Of a stretch of 64,000 nucleotides of DNA, positions 49,166-61,488 are shown one piece after another (position 1 is the stretch's first letter; each line of letters begins with the position of its first letter). The position numbers and the translations under genes were made by a program. Origin of the DNA: Scyliorhinus canicula (Eukaryota); the NCBI RefSeq assembly GCF_902713615.1, contig NC_052149.1, positions 126,607,256 to 126,671,255 of the forward strand. Direction: 5' to 3'. The notes below the pieces were generated by a model that saw only the letters and a program-made list of their open reading frames with translations, had not been told where the DNA came from and did no database searches.

Positions 49166-50509
49166 ACACAACTGTGCCCAATACACGGGCAGTGTGCACA
49201 ACGCCTTCATCAGACACAACTGTGCCCAATAGCCGGGCAGTGTGCACAACGTCTTCATCATAAACAACTGTGCCCAATACCCGGGCAGTATGCACAACAT
49301 CTTCATCATACACAACTGTGCCCAATACCCGGGCAGTGTGCACAACGTCTTCATCATAAACAACTGTGCCCAATACCCGGGCAGTGTGCACAACGTCTTC
49401 ATCAAACACAACTGTGCCCAATACCCGGGCAGTGTGCACAACGTCTTCACCATACACAACTGTGCCCAATACCCGGGCAGTGTGCACAACGTCTTCATCA
49501 TACACAACTGTGCCCAATACCCGGGCAGTGTGCACAAAGCCTCCATCATAAACAACTGTGCCCAATACCCGGGCAGTGTGCACAATATCTTCATCAGACA
49601 CAACTGTGCCCAATACCCGGGCAGTGTGCACAACGTCGTCATCATAAACAGCTGTGCCCAATACCCGGGCAGTGTGCACAAAGCCTTCATCATAAACAAC
49701 TGTGCCCAATAACCGGGCAGTGTGCACAACGTCTTCATCATACACAACTGTGTCCAATACCCGGGCAGTGTGCACAAAGCCTTCATCATAAGCAACTGTG
49801 CCCAATACCCGGGCAGTGTGCACAACGTCTTAATCATACACAACTGTGCCCAATTCCCGGGCAGTGTGCACAACGTCTTCATCATAAACAACTGTGCCCA
49901 ATACCCGGGCAGTGTGCACAACGTCTTCATCATACACAACTGTGCCCAATACCCGGGCAGTGTGCACAACTCCTTCATCATACACAACTGTGCCCAATAC
50001 CCGGGCAGTGTGCACAACGTCTTCATCATACACAACTGTGCCCAATATCCGGGCAGTGTGCACAACGTCTTCATCAGACACAACTGTGCCCAATACCCGG
50101 GCAGTGTGCACAACGTCTTCATCATACACAACTGTGCCCAATACCCGGGCAGTGTGCACAACGTCTTCATCATACACAACTGTGCCCAATACCTGGGCAG
50201 TGTGCACAACATCATCATCTTAAACAACTGTGCCCAATACCCGGGCAGTATGAACAATGTCTTCATCGTACACAACTGTGCCCAATACCCAGGCAGTGTG
50301 CACAACTCCTTCATCATACACAACTGTGCCCAATACCCGGGCAGTGTGCACAACGTCTTCATCAGACACAACTGTGCCCAATACGCGGGCAGTGTGCACA
50401 ACGTCTTCATCATAAACAACTGTGCCCAATATCCGGGCAGTGTGCACAACGTCTTCATCATACACAACCGTGCCCAATACCCGGGCAGTGTGCACAACTC
50501 CTTCATCCT
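49166..50509 (+). repeat. 48-bp in-frame tandem array, 28 copies, derived from the transposase coding sequence
   Basis: AAC(T/C)GTGCCC first at 49170 and last at 50466 (27 x 48 bp apart). The unit encodes HNCAQYPGSVHNVFII. Confidence 0.95.
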
Positions 50510-50563
50510 GGCACACTCGATGATTCCTGACATGTTCGAGATGCCCCCCCCATCTGAGGGGTT

Positions 50564-51582
50564 TGTTGTGTTATACACCCTGGGGTAACACGGACTGCAA
50601 CATGATGCAGATAAATGAAAAAGTATACTCCAAACATAGGCGTTGGTTCAATAAGTTTTATTGAACTTCAGTAACGAAGCACGCAGCTGCCTGTGGGTTG
50701 ACTCTCTACTACTCGAAGTAAACTAACTCTAACTATCTGGACCAGGCTAGCTCTGACCCACGTGTAGAAGGTGTTGGCTGATTTGTACACCCTGTTGTGG
50801 GAGCTGTGTTTTCAGAACCCCAAAATGTACCATGGAGTTCAACCAACCTCTCCCTTTAATGGATTGTTGCTTTTGAAGCACACAGCTTGGTCTCCAGGTC
50901 TGGGATTACAATTATGGACACGTGGGTTTTTAAACACAAAACAATGTTTATTCCATGAATTCAACTTAACCTTTTTAAATAAACATTGTCTCATTTACCA
51001 CCCCTTACTCCAAAGATAACCCCGAAAATAATACTACACTAAATAATCCCTCAAAATGGTCCTTCAAACCTCCAACCTCCAAAAGACTGAACACCTTTAA
51101 CAACAGAAACACATCAGGTTAAAGACATTACTATTATGAGTTTAAATCACCCAAATGATTCAGAGATAGTCTTTCATGGCAGAGATCACAACAGGTCCAG
51201 CTCACTGCAAACACAGACACACCCAAGCTCTTTTCCTCAAAACGGAAACCAAAACACTGCAAAACGGCTGAGCTAAAACCCCAGCTCCACCCACACTCTG
51301 ACATCACTTCAGTAATATGAGCTGCTCCATTTCTTAAAGTTACATTACTTAGACATCCATTTCTTAAAGGTACTCTCACGTGACAACCCTGAATGTCACT
51401 ACAGTTGTCCCCAGTGGAAAGAGGCAGAGTGCTGATGCCTCGTGTGTTTTATAGTTGGAAGCCACCCTCTGGTGTTCTGTCTGCTGATTGGTTGTGTTCT
51501 GTTCTGTATGTTGATTGGCTCACCTTGGTGTCTGTCACTGTCTGCTTTTGCATCATGATGTGCATAGGTGCATATTATGACA
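50564..51582 (-). mobile_element. Solo LTR (outer), ~420 bp net, inserted in the transposase
   Basis: TGTTGTG...ATTATGACA ends with exact 5-bp TSD GGGTT (50559-50563, 51583-51587). Removing it restores the HLRGLLLGDRGYP frame. Confidence 0.8.
50793..51385 (-). mobile_element. Solo LTR (inner), 593 bp, nested in the outer LTR
   Basis: TGTTGTGGG...CACGTGACA ends with 4-bp TSD ACCC (50789-50792, 51386-51389). Confidence 0.72.
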
Positions 51583-52600
51583 GGGTTTGCTCCTGGGTGA
51601 TAGGGGTTATCCACTGCGGCTGTGGCTGATGAGGTGGAGTCTCCTCTACAACAACGCCCATGTAGGACTAGGGGTGTGACCGAGCGGTGCTTCGGCCTCC
51701 TGAAGATGTGGTTCAGGTGCCTGGACCACTCTGGAGGGGCCCTTCAGTTTGGTCCCGAGAGGGTCGCCCGCATTATGGTGGCCTGCTGTACCCTCCACAA
51801 CATCACGCAGCAGAGGGGCAATGTGCTGGCAGAAGAGGATGAACATCCGGCCTCCTCTGATGAGGAGGATGTAGGGGAGGGCGAGACAGGCAGGGCATAG
51901 GGCCCGGGCAGGCACTGGAGGCCCTACAATGTGTGCACAAGGGCCAATGTACACGGGACGCTCTGATCACCTCCAGATTCACCGACTGACGGTGTCTGAC
52001 CAAGGGCACAGACACCACAATGCCCCCCACACACCCCGCCCCGCCTCCTGGTCACTCGCCCGCCCACAACCTCCTCTATGATACATTCCTGCCACACTAC
52101 GGGATGCAGACCCTGGTTGGCAGTAACAGCGGGTCTGGTCTATGGGACGGAGGATGATGACAGCCCGCTCAGCAATGAGCTCTGGTGCTCCGCATCGTTT
52201 GACAATGTCTGACTCCTGCCACAATAGCACTTTCCACCTGGGTGATCCCTGCCTGCGAGCTGGACAATCCATCACACAGTCCCATCAAATCATTGATGTG
52301 GCGGAAGTTGGGACGGTGGTAGTTGTGGGTGGCGGGGGAATGGGACACCGGAGCGGAGAGCGCTGGCTGAACTGTGGCCTTTCAGCCAAGCCAACCCCCT
52401 ACAACCGTCCATTTCCCCTGCCCCACGCACCCTATCTGGCCAGCCCAGACCCTTACCAGCCCACCCCTCACACCCATCCGACAGAGCACCAAGGCAGGTT
52501 GTAACAGTGTGAACATGTGCTTAATGTGACAACAAATATACAGATTGAGCCCTAGCCCCCGTCACTAAACTGTATCCTGCACCCATGCCAACATAAGGGG

Positions 52601-52950
52601 GGTACGGTAGCATATTGGTTAGCACAATGGCTTCACAGCACCAGGGTCCCTGGTTCGATTCCCGGCTTGGTCACTGTCTGTGCGGAGTCTGCAAATTGTC
52701 CCCGTGTGTGCATGGGTTTCCTCCGGGTGCTGCGGTTTCCTCCCACAGTCCAAAGATGTGCAGGTTAGGTGGATTGGCCAAGATAAATTGCCCTTAGTGT
52801 CCAAAAAAGGTAAGGTAAAGTGGGGTTACGGGGATAGGGTGGAAGTGTGGGGATGGGGTGGAGGTGTGGGCTTAGGTAGGGTGCTCTTTCTAAGGGCCGG
52901 TGCAGACTCGGTGGGCTGAATGGCCTCCTTCCGCACTGTAAATACTGTGA
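52601..52950 (+). mobile_element. HE1-type SINE
   Basis: ACGGTAGCATATTGGTTAGCACAATGGCTTCACAGC head and conserved core/tail. Confidence 0.85.
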
Positions 52951-52989
52951 TTCTGTGAAAACTGCTTTCTAATTTTCTGTCCTTACAGA

Positions 52990-53640
52990 TCCGAATGCTA
53001 CCTCTAGGTGGATCCTCAGATGGTACATCAGGAGTGGAGGCGGCCTGCTGTGATTCCTACTCTGTGACCTGGGTCCCCTTTGCTGGCCATCTTCTGGGGC
53101 AAATGGGTCTGGATGGACCCGGCTGCTGTTCGACTGTCCCAGGTAGTGTGGTGCCGCCCTGTTCTGCCCGCTGTGACTGCACTGTCCAGCAGTGTCTGGC
53201 ACATTGCTGCCTGTGAGGGGGCAGCCTTGTACTGGGCCTAGGCCAGCGGCCGCAGAGTGTGCCCCAAGCCTTGGACATGCTGACCCAGGGCTGAAACCCT
53301 CACCCCAAGGCCTCCACTGCCGACCTGGGTGTCACCATGGCAGCACCACCTCCTGCTCCTGCACGCGGTTGGATTCCTCCACCTTCTCCTGCAGGTGCTG
53401 GATACTCACCAACAACCCCTCATGTAGTCGCTGAATCTGCGACTGCATCACCACAATCGATGGGACTGTCCGTTCCAGCACCCCAACACCCTTCTGGATG
53501 GCAGCTTGTCCCTGGGGCCGGCCCACCCTCCGACCCTCCGCGCCCTCGTGAGTTCCTACCTCCACCTGCTGTACTGGAGCATGTGTGTGGTGGCACCAGA
53601 TAGTGTCCCAGGGGCTTCTTCACTAAGGTGCCCCGCCAAG
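52990..53640 (-). pseudogene. 3' part of a Harbinger Myb-like accessory gene, convergent with the transposase
   Basis: LERTVPSIVVMQSQIQRLHEGL (ORF 53332-53565) is homologous to ORF 19706-20104. DNA at 53540-53650 matches 20105-20220. Confidence 0.65.
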
Positions 53641-54828
53641 GTGAGTATCTCTGGGATGGTGGGAGGTGTTGGAGACAGCTTAGCAGTGCTAGCCTGGCAT
53701 GCTGGCAGTGCCACCTGGTGACTCTGGCAATGCCATCTGGTCACCCTGGCAATGCCACACTGGCCCTGCCAAGATGTCCATGGGGCACGACCAGTATGGC
53801 ATGAGCACTGCCAGGGTGTCAGGCTGGCACTGCCATGCTGCCCGGGCAGCAGGCTGTCTGAGCCTGGGATCAGGCCCCGAGCGTTCCCTGCCTTTGCCGG
53901 GTGGATGGGGGTGGGTCGAGAACCCCCTAATCGGTAATTTGGGGAATCCGGAGGCCGTGTTGGGAGTTGAGGGATGGGAGCAGCATTTAAAGATCACCCC
54001 CTGATCTCTCCCTGCACTGACGGGCTCAGCTCACAGGAAGTGGATGTCAGTGCGGCCTCGGAGGCTCCTTCCTCACCGAGGCCCAAATATCCCAGAATCC
54101 CGGTTAATAACGGGATCATTTTCAGCACTGCAGGCTCCGGGAAACACCCCACTAAACACTCCCAAAACAGGAGCCTGTTCATTCCCAGTTACATTGCTCC
54201 CTGAGTAAATCAGTCGCTGCAGAAATGTTGTGGTGATCGGAGGGCCAGAGACAGATAGTTGGAATTTTGAAAGTGCCGTTGGAATTGAATTGGGGAATAG
54301 GTTTTTCCAGGGATGGATACAGAAGGGGGTACGGTTGGGGTGTGGAAGGGGGATGTGGTTGGGGAGTGATATAAGGAAGTGATCAGTGATGGTCTTATCT
54401 GTGATTGAAACACTGGGAGTAGTGATACCACGTGAAGTGGTAAGGTCATATACAATTCATAGATTTCATAGAATTCATAGAATTTACAATGCAGAAGGAG
54501 GCCATTCAGCCCATCGAGTCGGCACCGGCCTTTGGAAAGAGCACCCCACCCAAGCCCATGCCTCTACCCTATCCTCGTAACCCAGTAACCCCACCTAACC
54601 TTTTTGGACACTGAGGGCAAATTAGCATGACCAATCCACCTAACCTGCACATCTTTGGACTGTGGGGGAACCGGAGCACCCAAAGAAAACCCACACAGAC
54701 ACAGGGAGAATATGGGAGAAGGGGGAGGTGGGGAATATGGGTTGGAGAATTGTGATTGTGATGATTTAATCCCAGCAACTTTCAGTCTCTTTTCTGATTT
54801 GAATCTTGTAAACTCAGAGATTCCAGAT

Positions 54829-55098
54829 TGTTATAACCTGCCTGCTTCCCACTGGCTGGGGACTAATGGCAATCCCACAATCCTTTGGGAGTACGAGATT
54901 CCCCAATGAGGGGGTTGGAGCAGAAATCATAAACAGATTCGCTGCATAAATAAAGCTGGCCAGTTTGGAACCAGCTAGAGAGGAGTGAGCAGCAAGGGAG
55001 TTGCTGCTGCTGCTGTTGTATACATATGTTATTGTAAATAAATGTTATTTCTTTCTATCCTTCAACTCGTGCTGGATTCTTCGTGACCTCACAAAACA
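54829..55098 (+). mobile_element. Solo-LTR-like sequence
   Basis: TGTTATAACC...CACAAAACA ends, CATAAATAAA and AATAAA motifs. No TSD found. Confidence 0.45.
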
Positions 55099-55284
55099 AA
55101 TAAAACTGATCATTTAAAAATGATTGATAATTGTCTTTGAATCCAATCTTCAGCTAATGTGTCATTGATTGACAGGCCAACCAGCCAATCATGATAATCA
55201 TTTGCTCAAATGCAGCCAATCAGCTGATGGGGAGGAGGGACAGTTCCAAAGCACACTTGAGACACAGACTGAATATTCTTAATG

Positions 55285-55290
55285 TTTAAT
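55285..55290 (-). terminator. Candidate polyadenylation signal (ATTAAA) of the light-chain transcript
   Basis: Minus-strand ATTAAA about 510 nt after the C stop, followed by CA and a GT-rich tract (GTCTGTGTCTCAAGTGTGCTTTG). I saw no AATAAA between it and the stop. Confidence 0.4.
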
Positions 55291-55794
55291 ACCTTTTACA
55301 GATTTACATTGTCAGAAAAAAGACTTGAATAAACAGCCCAGCCTGAGGAAGCTGGAGAAATTCACAGGGATAATATGGAGATTTTCTCAATGACATGAGA
55401 ATCCTGTCCCTTTAAACGGTGACTAAACCTTAAATTGTAACTGCAGGGTGAGCAGGAAGGAGGTCTGGTTTCCTGAAGCAGAGATTTCAGGGGTCACATT
55501 ATTTTGGTACAGCTGACAGTCTTCAGCATCTTAGAGAAGTTTTGCTTGGCATCACGAGTCTGCACTGTCCCATCAAACATTCCCAGGACAAATGCTGCAT
55601 GGGATTATATACAGAGTAAATATCCCTCTACAATGTCCCAAAAACATGTCTTAACCCCTGACCCTCAGAAGTGTCTCAGACCCAGTCCCGAGAAGGAGAG
55701 AGTTTTAAGTCAGTGCTGACAATGACCTTTGCCCTCCCAGCTCACCCCTGTTCTATTTAAAGTTGTGTCTCCTCTATGGACTGTCTCTGACACT

Positions 55795-56123
55795 CTACAC
55801 ACATTCTGATCTCCTGATGGTCTTGCTGAGGGCAGAGGAGAGGCTCACGTGGGTGAGGGCACAGGAGAAGCGGGCGTTGGACTCCCAGGCAGAGCCAGAG
55901 AGGGTCAGCAGGCTGCTGACACTGTAGGTGTTGTCCGAAGCTCGCAGGTAGTTGCTGGTCTGAACCCCGTCTGAAATGGCTGCACCATCCTTCTTCCACT
56001 CCACCACCAGCTCATCGGGATAGAAGTGATTGGCAAGGCACACCAGGGTGGCAGTGCCCTTGGTCTTGACCTCCTCCGGGGAGGGGGGCAGCAGGGTCAG
56101 TGTGGGTTGTGAATTCTCACGGC
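55795..56123 (-). CDS. IGKC: Ig light-chain constant exon, kappa type (shark type III/NS4-like)
   Basis: Acceptor ctctctctttcag before 56123. Reads (S)RENSQPTLTLLPPSPEEVKTKGTATLVCLANHFYPDELVVEWKKDG...FSCALTHVSLSSALSKTIRRSECV*, with both C1-set Cys, the Trp and the terminal Cys. TAG at 55797-55795. Confidence 0.96.
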
Positions 56124-56219
56124 CTGAAAGAGAGAGGAAGGAATTTTAATTGCTGCCTTAATAAAGGATTTAAACTTCCCAAATATTAACTGGAATCAAG
56201 ACATGTGTCAATGTATAGA

Positions 56220-57830
56220 TGATCCGGAATTCTGACAATCCATTCTGAGCAACCTTTCTAACTAGTACAGAACAATCCCAACAAGAGAAGGAGCAGTTTT
56301 GGACAGTTTTGTGGATTGAATCTGGGCAGGTGAAGGGGTATCAATGGGAGAGTATTTGGGTAATAGTGATCATAATTCAGTTAGATTTAGAGCAGTTATG
56401 GAAAAGGGTAAAGGCAGACCAAGAGGAAAAGTTTTAAATTGGGGAAAGGCAAATTTTCCGAAACTGGGAATTGCCAAAATGGACAGTAAACAATGACTTG
56501 ATGGTAAAACAGTGACAGAGCCCGGGGAGAATATTCAAGCTGGAGATAGAGAGATTTCAGAACAAATATGTTCACAGAAAGCAAGGGTGAGGGACATTGG
56601 GCGGAATTCTCCGACACCCCGCAGGTTCAAGAGAATCGCCCGGGACCGGCGTAAATCCCGCTCCCGCCGTGGCTGGAATTCTCGTGCCCCCCGCGGCAAT
56701 TCTCCGGCACGCGATGGGCCGAGGTCCCGCCGCTGACAGGCCTCTCCCACCGACGTGGTTTCAACCACCTCTGGTGGCGGCGGGATTGGCGGCGCGAGCA
56801 GGCCCCCGAGGACCTGGGGGGGCACGGTGCGATAGGACCCCGGGGGGTGCCCCCACAGTGGCCTGGTCCGCGATTGGGGCCCACCGATCGGCGGGCGGGC
56901 CAGTGCCGTGGGGGCACTCTTTTCCTTCCGCCACCGCCACTGCCTCCACCATGGCGGAGGCGGAAGTGACGCACCAGCGCATGCGCGGACCGGTGAAGTC
57001 CTTTCGGCCAGCCCCATCGCCGGGTGGGCGGTGTGCGTCAAAGGTCGTTGGTGCCGGTTTTGGCATCAGTCGGCGTGGCGCCAACCACTCTGGCACGGGC
57101 CTAGCCCCTCAGGGTGCGGAGAATTCTGCACCTTTGGGGAGACCCGAATCCAGAGTGGTTGGCGCCACTCCGCTACGCCGGGACCCCCTGCCCCGCCGGG
57201 TAGGGGAGAATCCCGGCCATTGTGAGAGGATAACTAATGAATGAGTGGGATCAATTAGAGAGCAATATGTAACTTATGTGTGGAGGTGGAAGGCATGGAG
57301 ATGGTTCTTAATGAATAATTTACATCAGTTTTCACTAATGCGAGGGACAAAGCAGACATTGGAGTTCAGGAGGAGGAGAATTGTGAAATATTGGATGTGA
57401 TAAAGATAGTGAGAGAGGAGATATTAAAGTGTTTATCAGCTTTGAAAGGGGAGATACCCCCAGGCCCGGGTGAAATGTATCCCAGGCTGCTGAGGGAAGG
57501 AAAGGAAGAAATAGCCGAGGCTCTGACCATTATTTTCCAATCCTCTCTGACTACAGGCTTGGTGTCAGAGGACTGGTGGATGATAATGTTGTACCATTGT
57601 TTAAAAAGGGAGGAAGGGATAGGCCGAGGGAGCGATTTTGAATTTGATGAGGAGGGAACGAGGAGGGTTGATGACGGGAGTGAGTTTGATGTTGACAACA
57701 TGGGTTTTCCAAGGATTTTGCCAAGTTTCCTATGACAGACGTGTTTGGAAATTAAAAGCTGATGGAATCCAAGGGAAAGTGACAAATTGGATTTCAAATT
57801 GGTTCAGTGTCAGGAGGTAAAGGTTTGATG
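56220..57830 (+). mobile_element. CR1 ORF2 remnants in the J-C intron with a nested GC-rich TIR element (~56600-57216)
   Basis: ORF 57391-57735 has PGPGEMYPRLLREGKEEIAEAL. The MITE ends are GGGCGGAATTCTCCG / GGAGAATCCCGGCC. Confidence 0.75.
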
Positions 57831-58479
57831 TTAAGCTGATTAAATCATTTTGGAATGTTACTTAGACATTTGTAAAGACGTTCACTACAAATTCAGCACT
57901 GAAATAGTTAATAATGAGAGCATTTAAAGATGCAGTGTCCCATTTAAGAGACTATTAACCTATCAGGATGCTCAAACTATTGATCAGTATTTCTGGGGGA
58001 ACAGGTTGAACATTAACAAACCTCAAATCACACACAGAACCGGAGAAATTTATCCCAGAAATTTGGAGTAGACGTGGATCAACACACTTCACAAAGGATA
58101 CTGATTGGCTGCCAGTGTAGAAGGTTCTAGATTTCACTTCAAACCTTGCTACCCAGCCCTGGGCTCAGGTCAAGACTGAGATTACGATTAGCCTCTGTGT
58201 CCAGGGGTCAGAATAATCTATCCTTGCTCCTGTGCGGGAACGTCCGGTTCACCAGCTGCGTGATTATTGGCTGCGTGCCATTCTCTGGCGGCAGGATTAT
58301 ATCTGTCCGTCAATTGTCAATGGGATTTGCCACAGCAACCACCCGATGCCACTGTGAAACCCGTTGGCGGTGATGTGCTGCTGGTGGGAAAATTGAATAG
58401 CAACACTGGAGAAATCCGCCTCCTATTTCTGGTGGTCTTGTGTCCAGGTCACACCCCCCAGACAAGCTGTTCCAGTTTA

Positions 58480-60220
58480 GATACATAACTGGTATCGACC
58501 AGTTTCCCAAGTGTGTCCTGTCCACAAAAAGCTGGACAAACCCAATCCGGACAATTACTGTCCATCAGTCATCTCGCGATCATCAGCAAAATGATTGGTG
58601 TTGTTAACGACAGTGCTATCAAGTAGCACTTACTCAGCAATAACCTGCTCACTGATGCTCAGTTAAGGATCTACCAGGGTCTCTCAGCTCCTGACCTCAT
58701 TACAGCCTTGGTTCAAACATGGACAAAAGAGCTGAACTCCAGATGTGAGTCCAGAGTGACTGCCCTTTGACATCGAGGCAGCATTTGACCAAGTTTGGCA
58801 TCAAGGAGCCCGAGCAAAACTGGCGTCAATGAGAATCGGGGGAAACTCTCCGCTGGTTGGAGTCATACCCAGCACAAAGGAAGATGGCTGTTGTTTGTGG
58901 GTTTAACTCTCCAATCTATATTAATGAGCTGGATGAAGGCAATGAGAGTATTGTAACTAAATTTGCTGATGATAAAATGATAGGTAGGAAAGCAAGTTGT
59001 GAGGAGGATACAGAGTCTGAAAAGGGATATTAATAGGTTCAGTGAGTGGGGAGAACATTTGACAGATGGAGTATAATGTGGGGAAATGTGAGCTTGTCCA
59101 CTTTGGTCGGGAGAATAGAAAAGCAGAATATTATTGACATGGAGAGAGACTGCAGAAAGCTGTGGTACAGAGGGATCTGGGTGTCCTTGTGTATGAATCA
59201 CAGAACGTTAACCTGCAGGTACAGCAAGTGATGAGGAAGGTCAATGGAATGTTGTCCTTTATTACATGGGGGATGGAGTATAAAAGTAGGGAAGTCTTGC
59301 TCCATCTATACAGCACATTGGGGAGACTACACCGTGAGTACTGGGGAAAGGTTTGGTCTCATAGAATCATAGAATTTACAGTGCAGAAGGAGGCCATTCG
59401 GCCCATCGAGTAGAAAGAGCACCCTACATTTTCTATTTTTATTAAATAAATTTAAAATGCCCAATTTATTTTTTCCAATTCAGAGGCAATTTGGTTTGGC
59501 CAATCCATCTACCCTGCACATTTTTGGGTTGTGGGGGCGGAACACACGCAAACACAGGGAGAATGTGTAACCTCCACACGGACAGTGTCCCAGAGCCGGG
59601 ATCGTACCTGGGATCTAGGGGCCATGAGGCAGCAGTGCTAACCACTGCGCCACCGTGCAGCCCTCGAAAGAGCACCCTACTTAAGCCCACACCTGCACCC
59701 TATCCCCGTAACCCAGCAACCCCATCCAACCCTAAGGGCAATTTAGCGTGGCCAATCCACCTAACCTGCACATCTTTGGAAGTCCTTACTTCAGGACGGA
59801 TATTCCGACATTGGAAGCAGTTCAGAGAAGGTTCACTGGGCTGATTCCACTGAGGAATGGAATGTCTGATGAGGAAAGGTTGAGCTGGTTTGATCTGTAC
59901 TCATTGCAGAATGAGAGGTGATCTTATTGAAACATATAAGATTCTGAGGGAGCTTGACAGGGTGGATGCTGAAAGAATGTTTCCCCTCGTGGGAAATCTA
60001 GAATTAGTCGATACAGTTTAAAAATAAGGGATCTCCATTTATGGTGGGGATGAGGAGGAATTTCTTCTCTCAGAGGGTCGTTAGTTTTTGGAATTCTCTT
60101 TCCCAGAGAGCAGTGCACGCTGGGACATTGAATATATTCCAGGCTGAGTTCGACAGATTTCTGATTGACGAGGGTCAAAGGTTATGGGGATCGACAGGAA
60201 AGTGGAGTTTGGGCCATTTA
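58480..60220 (+). mobile_element. LINE remnants (CR1/L2-group RT, then CR1 3' end) interrupted by nested minus-strand HE1-type SINEs (~59370-59780)
   Basis: KFADD-like TAAATTTGCTGATGATA near 58960; QRDLGVLVYES...RKVNGML; RRNFFSQRVVSFWNSL. Confidence 0.75.
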
Positions 60221-61039
60221 AAGTTAATTTATGGGATGTGTGGGTCTGAAGTGGGAACCTGCCATCCTGACCTTGTCTGGCCTACAAGTGACTCCAGATC
60301 CTCAGTAATGTGTTGACTCTGAAATGCCCTCTGGAATGGCCGAGCAAGACACTCAGTTCAAGGGCAATTAGGGATGGGCAATAAATGCTGGCCCAGCCAG
60401 AGATCACACATCACATCCATCAATAAAAATATCTCCAGGGATTTTCAGGAATATGGGATCAGGGATAAATATCAGACTGAACTCGACCCAAAGAGAAAGT
60501 AACTGAGAGTCTCCCCAAAAGCCTGGAACACTGAAGCCACTGGATTGTGAGCCCTGCTGGACCTGTTTGTCATCAGAACTTTGCTAAGAGATAAGCAGGG
60601 AGTGGAGAGAGCAGAGTTAAAGCTGGGGGAAGTGGGACCTCGGTGTCTCACTGTGCTGCTGCTGCTGCTGTGATCAGTTATATCAGAGAGTGTGACAGGG
60701 AGCCAGAGCTCACATCAAACTCTGCCCGTGTCTGTCACACGCAGACTGACAGGAGTCTAGTGAGTGATTTCACTCCATGGTCCAGGAATGTGAACACAGT
60801 CTGTAAACGTCCAGATCTCCTCCACACGGTGGGTAAAAGCTGCTTACTTATATCTTGCTGTTTAAAGGGGGGAATGGAACTAAAGAAATACAGCTGGGCA
60901 CCCTGTTCTACACAGTGTTTTTCAATGAACCATTTCATTCACTGCAGCTCCCCACTAACACCTTCAACTATTCAGTATTTGTGTTTGAGAAAGTTTCAGT
61001 ATTGAAAGGGTTAATAACGGAGGATTGGGGTTTACTTAC

Positions 61040-61074
61040 TCAGTCTGAGCTTGGTTCCTTTACCGAACGTAAAC
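61040..61074 (-). CDS. IGKJ: Ig light-chain J segment (FTFGKGTKLRL)
   Basis: G TTT ACG TTC GGT AAA GGA ACC AAG CTC AGA CTG A|GTAAGT. FGxG motif; a phase-1 donor that matches the C acceptor. Confidence 0.96.
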
Positions 61075-61113
61075 CACACTGACAGCTTCCAGTGCAGGGG
61101 CTGTACAAAAACC
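61075..61113 (-). promoter_or_regulatory. J recombination signal sequence, 23-bp spacer
   Basis: Plus strand: CACACTG (61075-61081), 23 nt, ACAAAAACC (61105-61113). Confidence 0.96.
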
Positions 61114-61129
61114 TCTGCTCTCTGCTTCA

Positions 61130-61225
61130 CTCACTCACTCTCACCCTCTCTCTGTCTCTCTCTGTGTCTCTCACTCACTCATGTCTTTCTCTCTCACTCT
61201 TTCTCTCTCTCTGTTTCTCTCAATG
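61130..61225. repeat. CT-rich microsatellite in the V-J interval
   Basis: Visible (CT)n/(CTCA)n tract. Confidence 0.8.
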
Positions 61226-61460
61226 TCTCTGTGTTTTGTTGGGAGATTTGAGAAGTCTAATTCTGAATGATAAATCTTTCAGCTGCTCTTCATACGTGGA
61301 CATGGAGAGTAAAAAACCTGAGGCCTTCAGTGACTGGAGTGTGTAGTGGACAGTGAAAATAATTTGTTCAGTTCCTTTTTTCTGTTTATATAAAACTGTT
61401 TATATGTTATATAAAACTGTGGGTCGTGGTCAGGAGACGAGGTGGGGCTGTGTGTATTGG

Positions 61461-61488
61461 GGTTTTTGTAAGGCTCTGTATCACTGTG
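61461..61488 (-). promoter_or_regulatory. V recombination signal sequence, 12-bp spacer, perfect consensus
   Basis: Minus strand: CACAGTG (61488-61482), ATACAGAGCCTT, ACAAAAACC (61469-61461). Confidence 0.97.

Larger units (their letters stand above)
48613..51990 (+). pseudogene. Harbinger (PIF/HARBI1-like) DDE transposase, disrupted by frameshifts, a tandem array and nested LTRs
   Basis: VKVTVALNLYAMG...SGISQSSVQRYI (HTH region); INGVHV...NRKGFHSMNMQLVC; PGSVHN; LLLGDRGYP after removing the LTR; TERCFGLLKMWFRCLDHSGGALQ...ACCTLHN. Confidence 0.88.

Noticed and set aside
1-55000. Additional Ig V, J or C segments
   Set aside because: I saw no further YYC, FGxG or C1-set motifs in the ORF track and no other complete RSS. 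Short or decayed segments could have been missed without a search.
43780-58870. Direct LINE repeats flanking the C exon as a deletion substrate
   Set aside because: The copies are short and visibly diverged (roughly 70-85% by eye), which is ordinary for this repeat density.
9071-59780. tRNA genes at SINE heads
   Set aside because: The A/B-box-like heads continue into the SINE core and CR1-like tail, and no complete cloverleaf is evident.
60438-60447. NF-kB-like site GGGATTTTCA in the J-C intron
   Set aside because: It is a single imperfect match without a convincing motif cluster.
60649-60917. Lone RSS heptamers in the J-C intron (CACTGTG 60649-60655, CACAGTG 60911-60917) as a kappa-deleting intron RSS
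   Set aside because: There is no nonamer at 12 or 23 bp, about 0.6 such 7-mers are expected by chance in 4.9 kb, and I found no partner 23-RSS downstream of C by eye.
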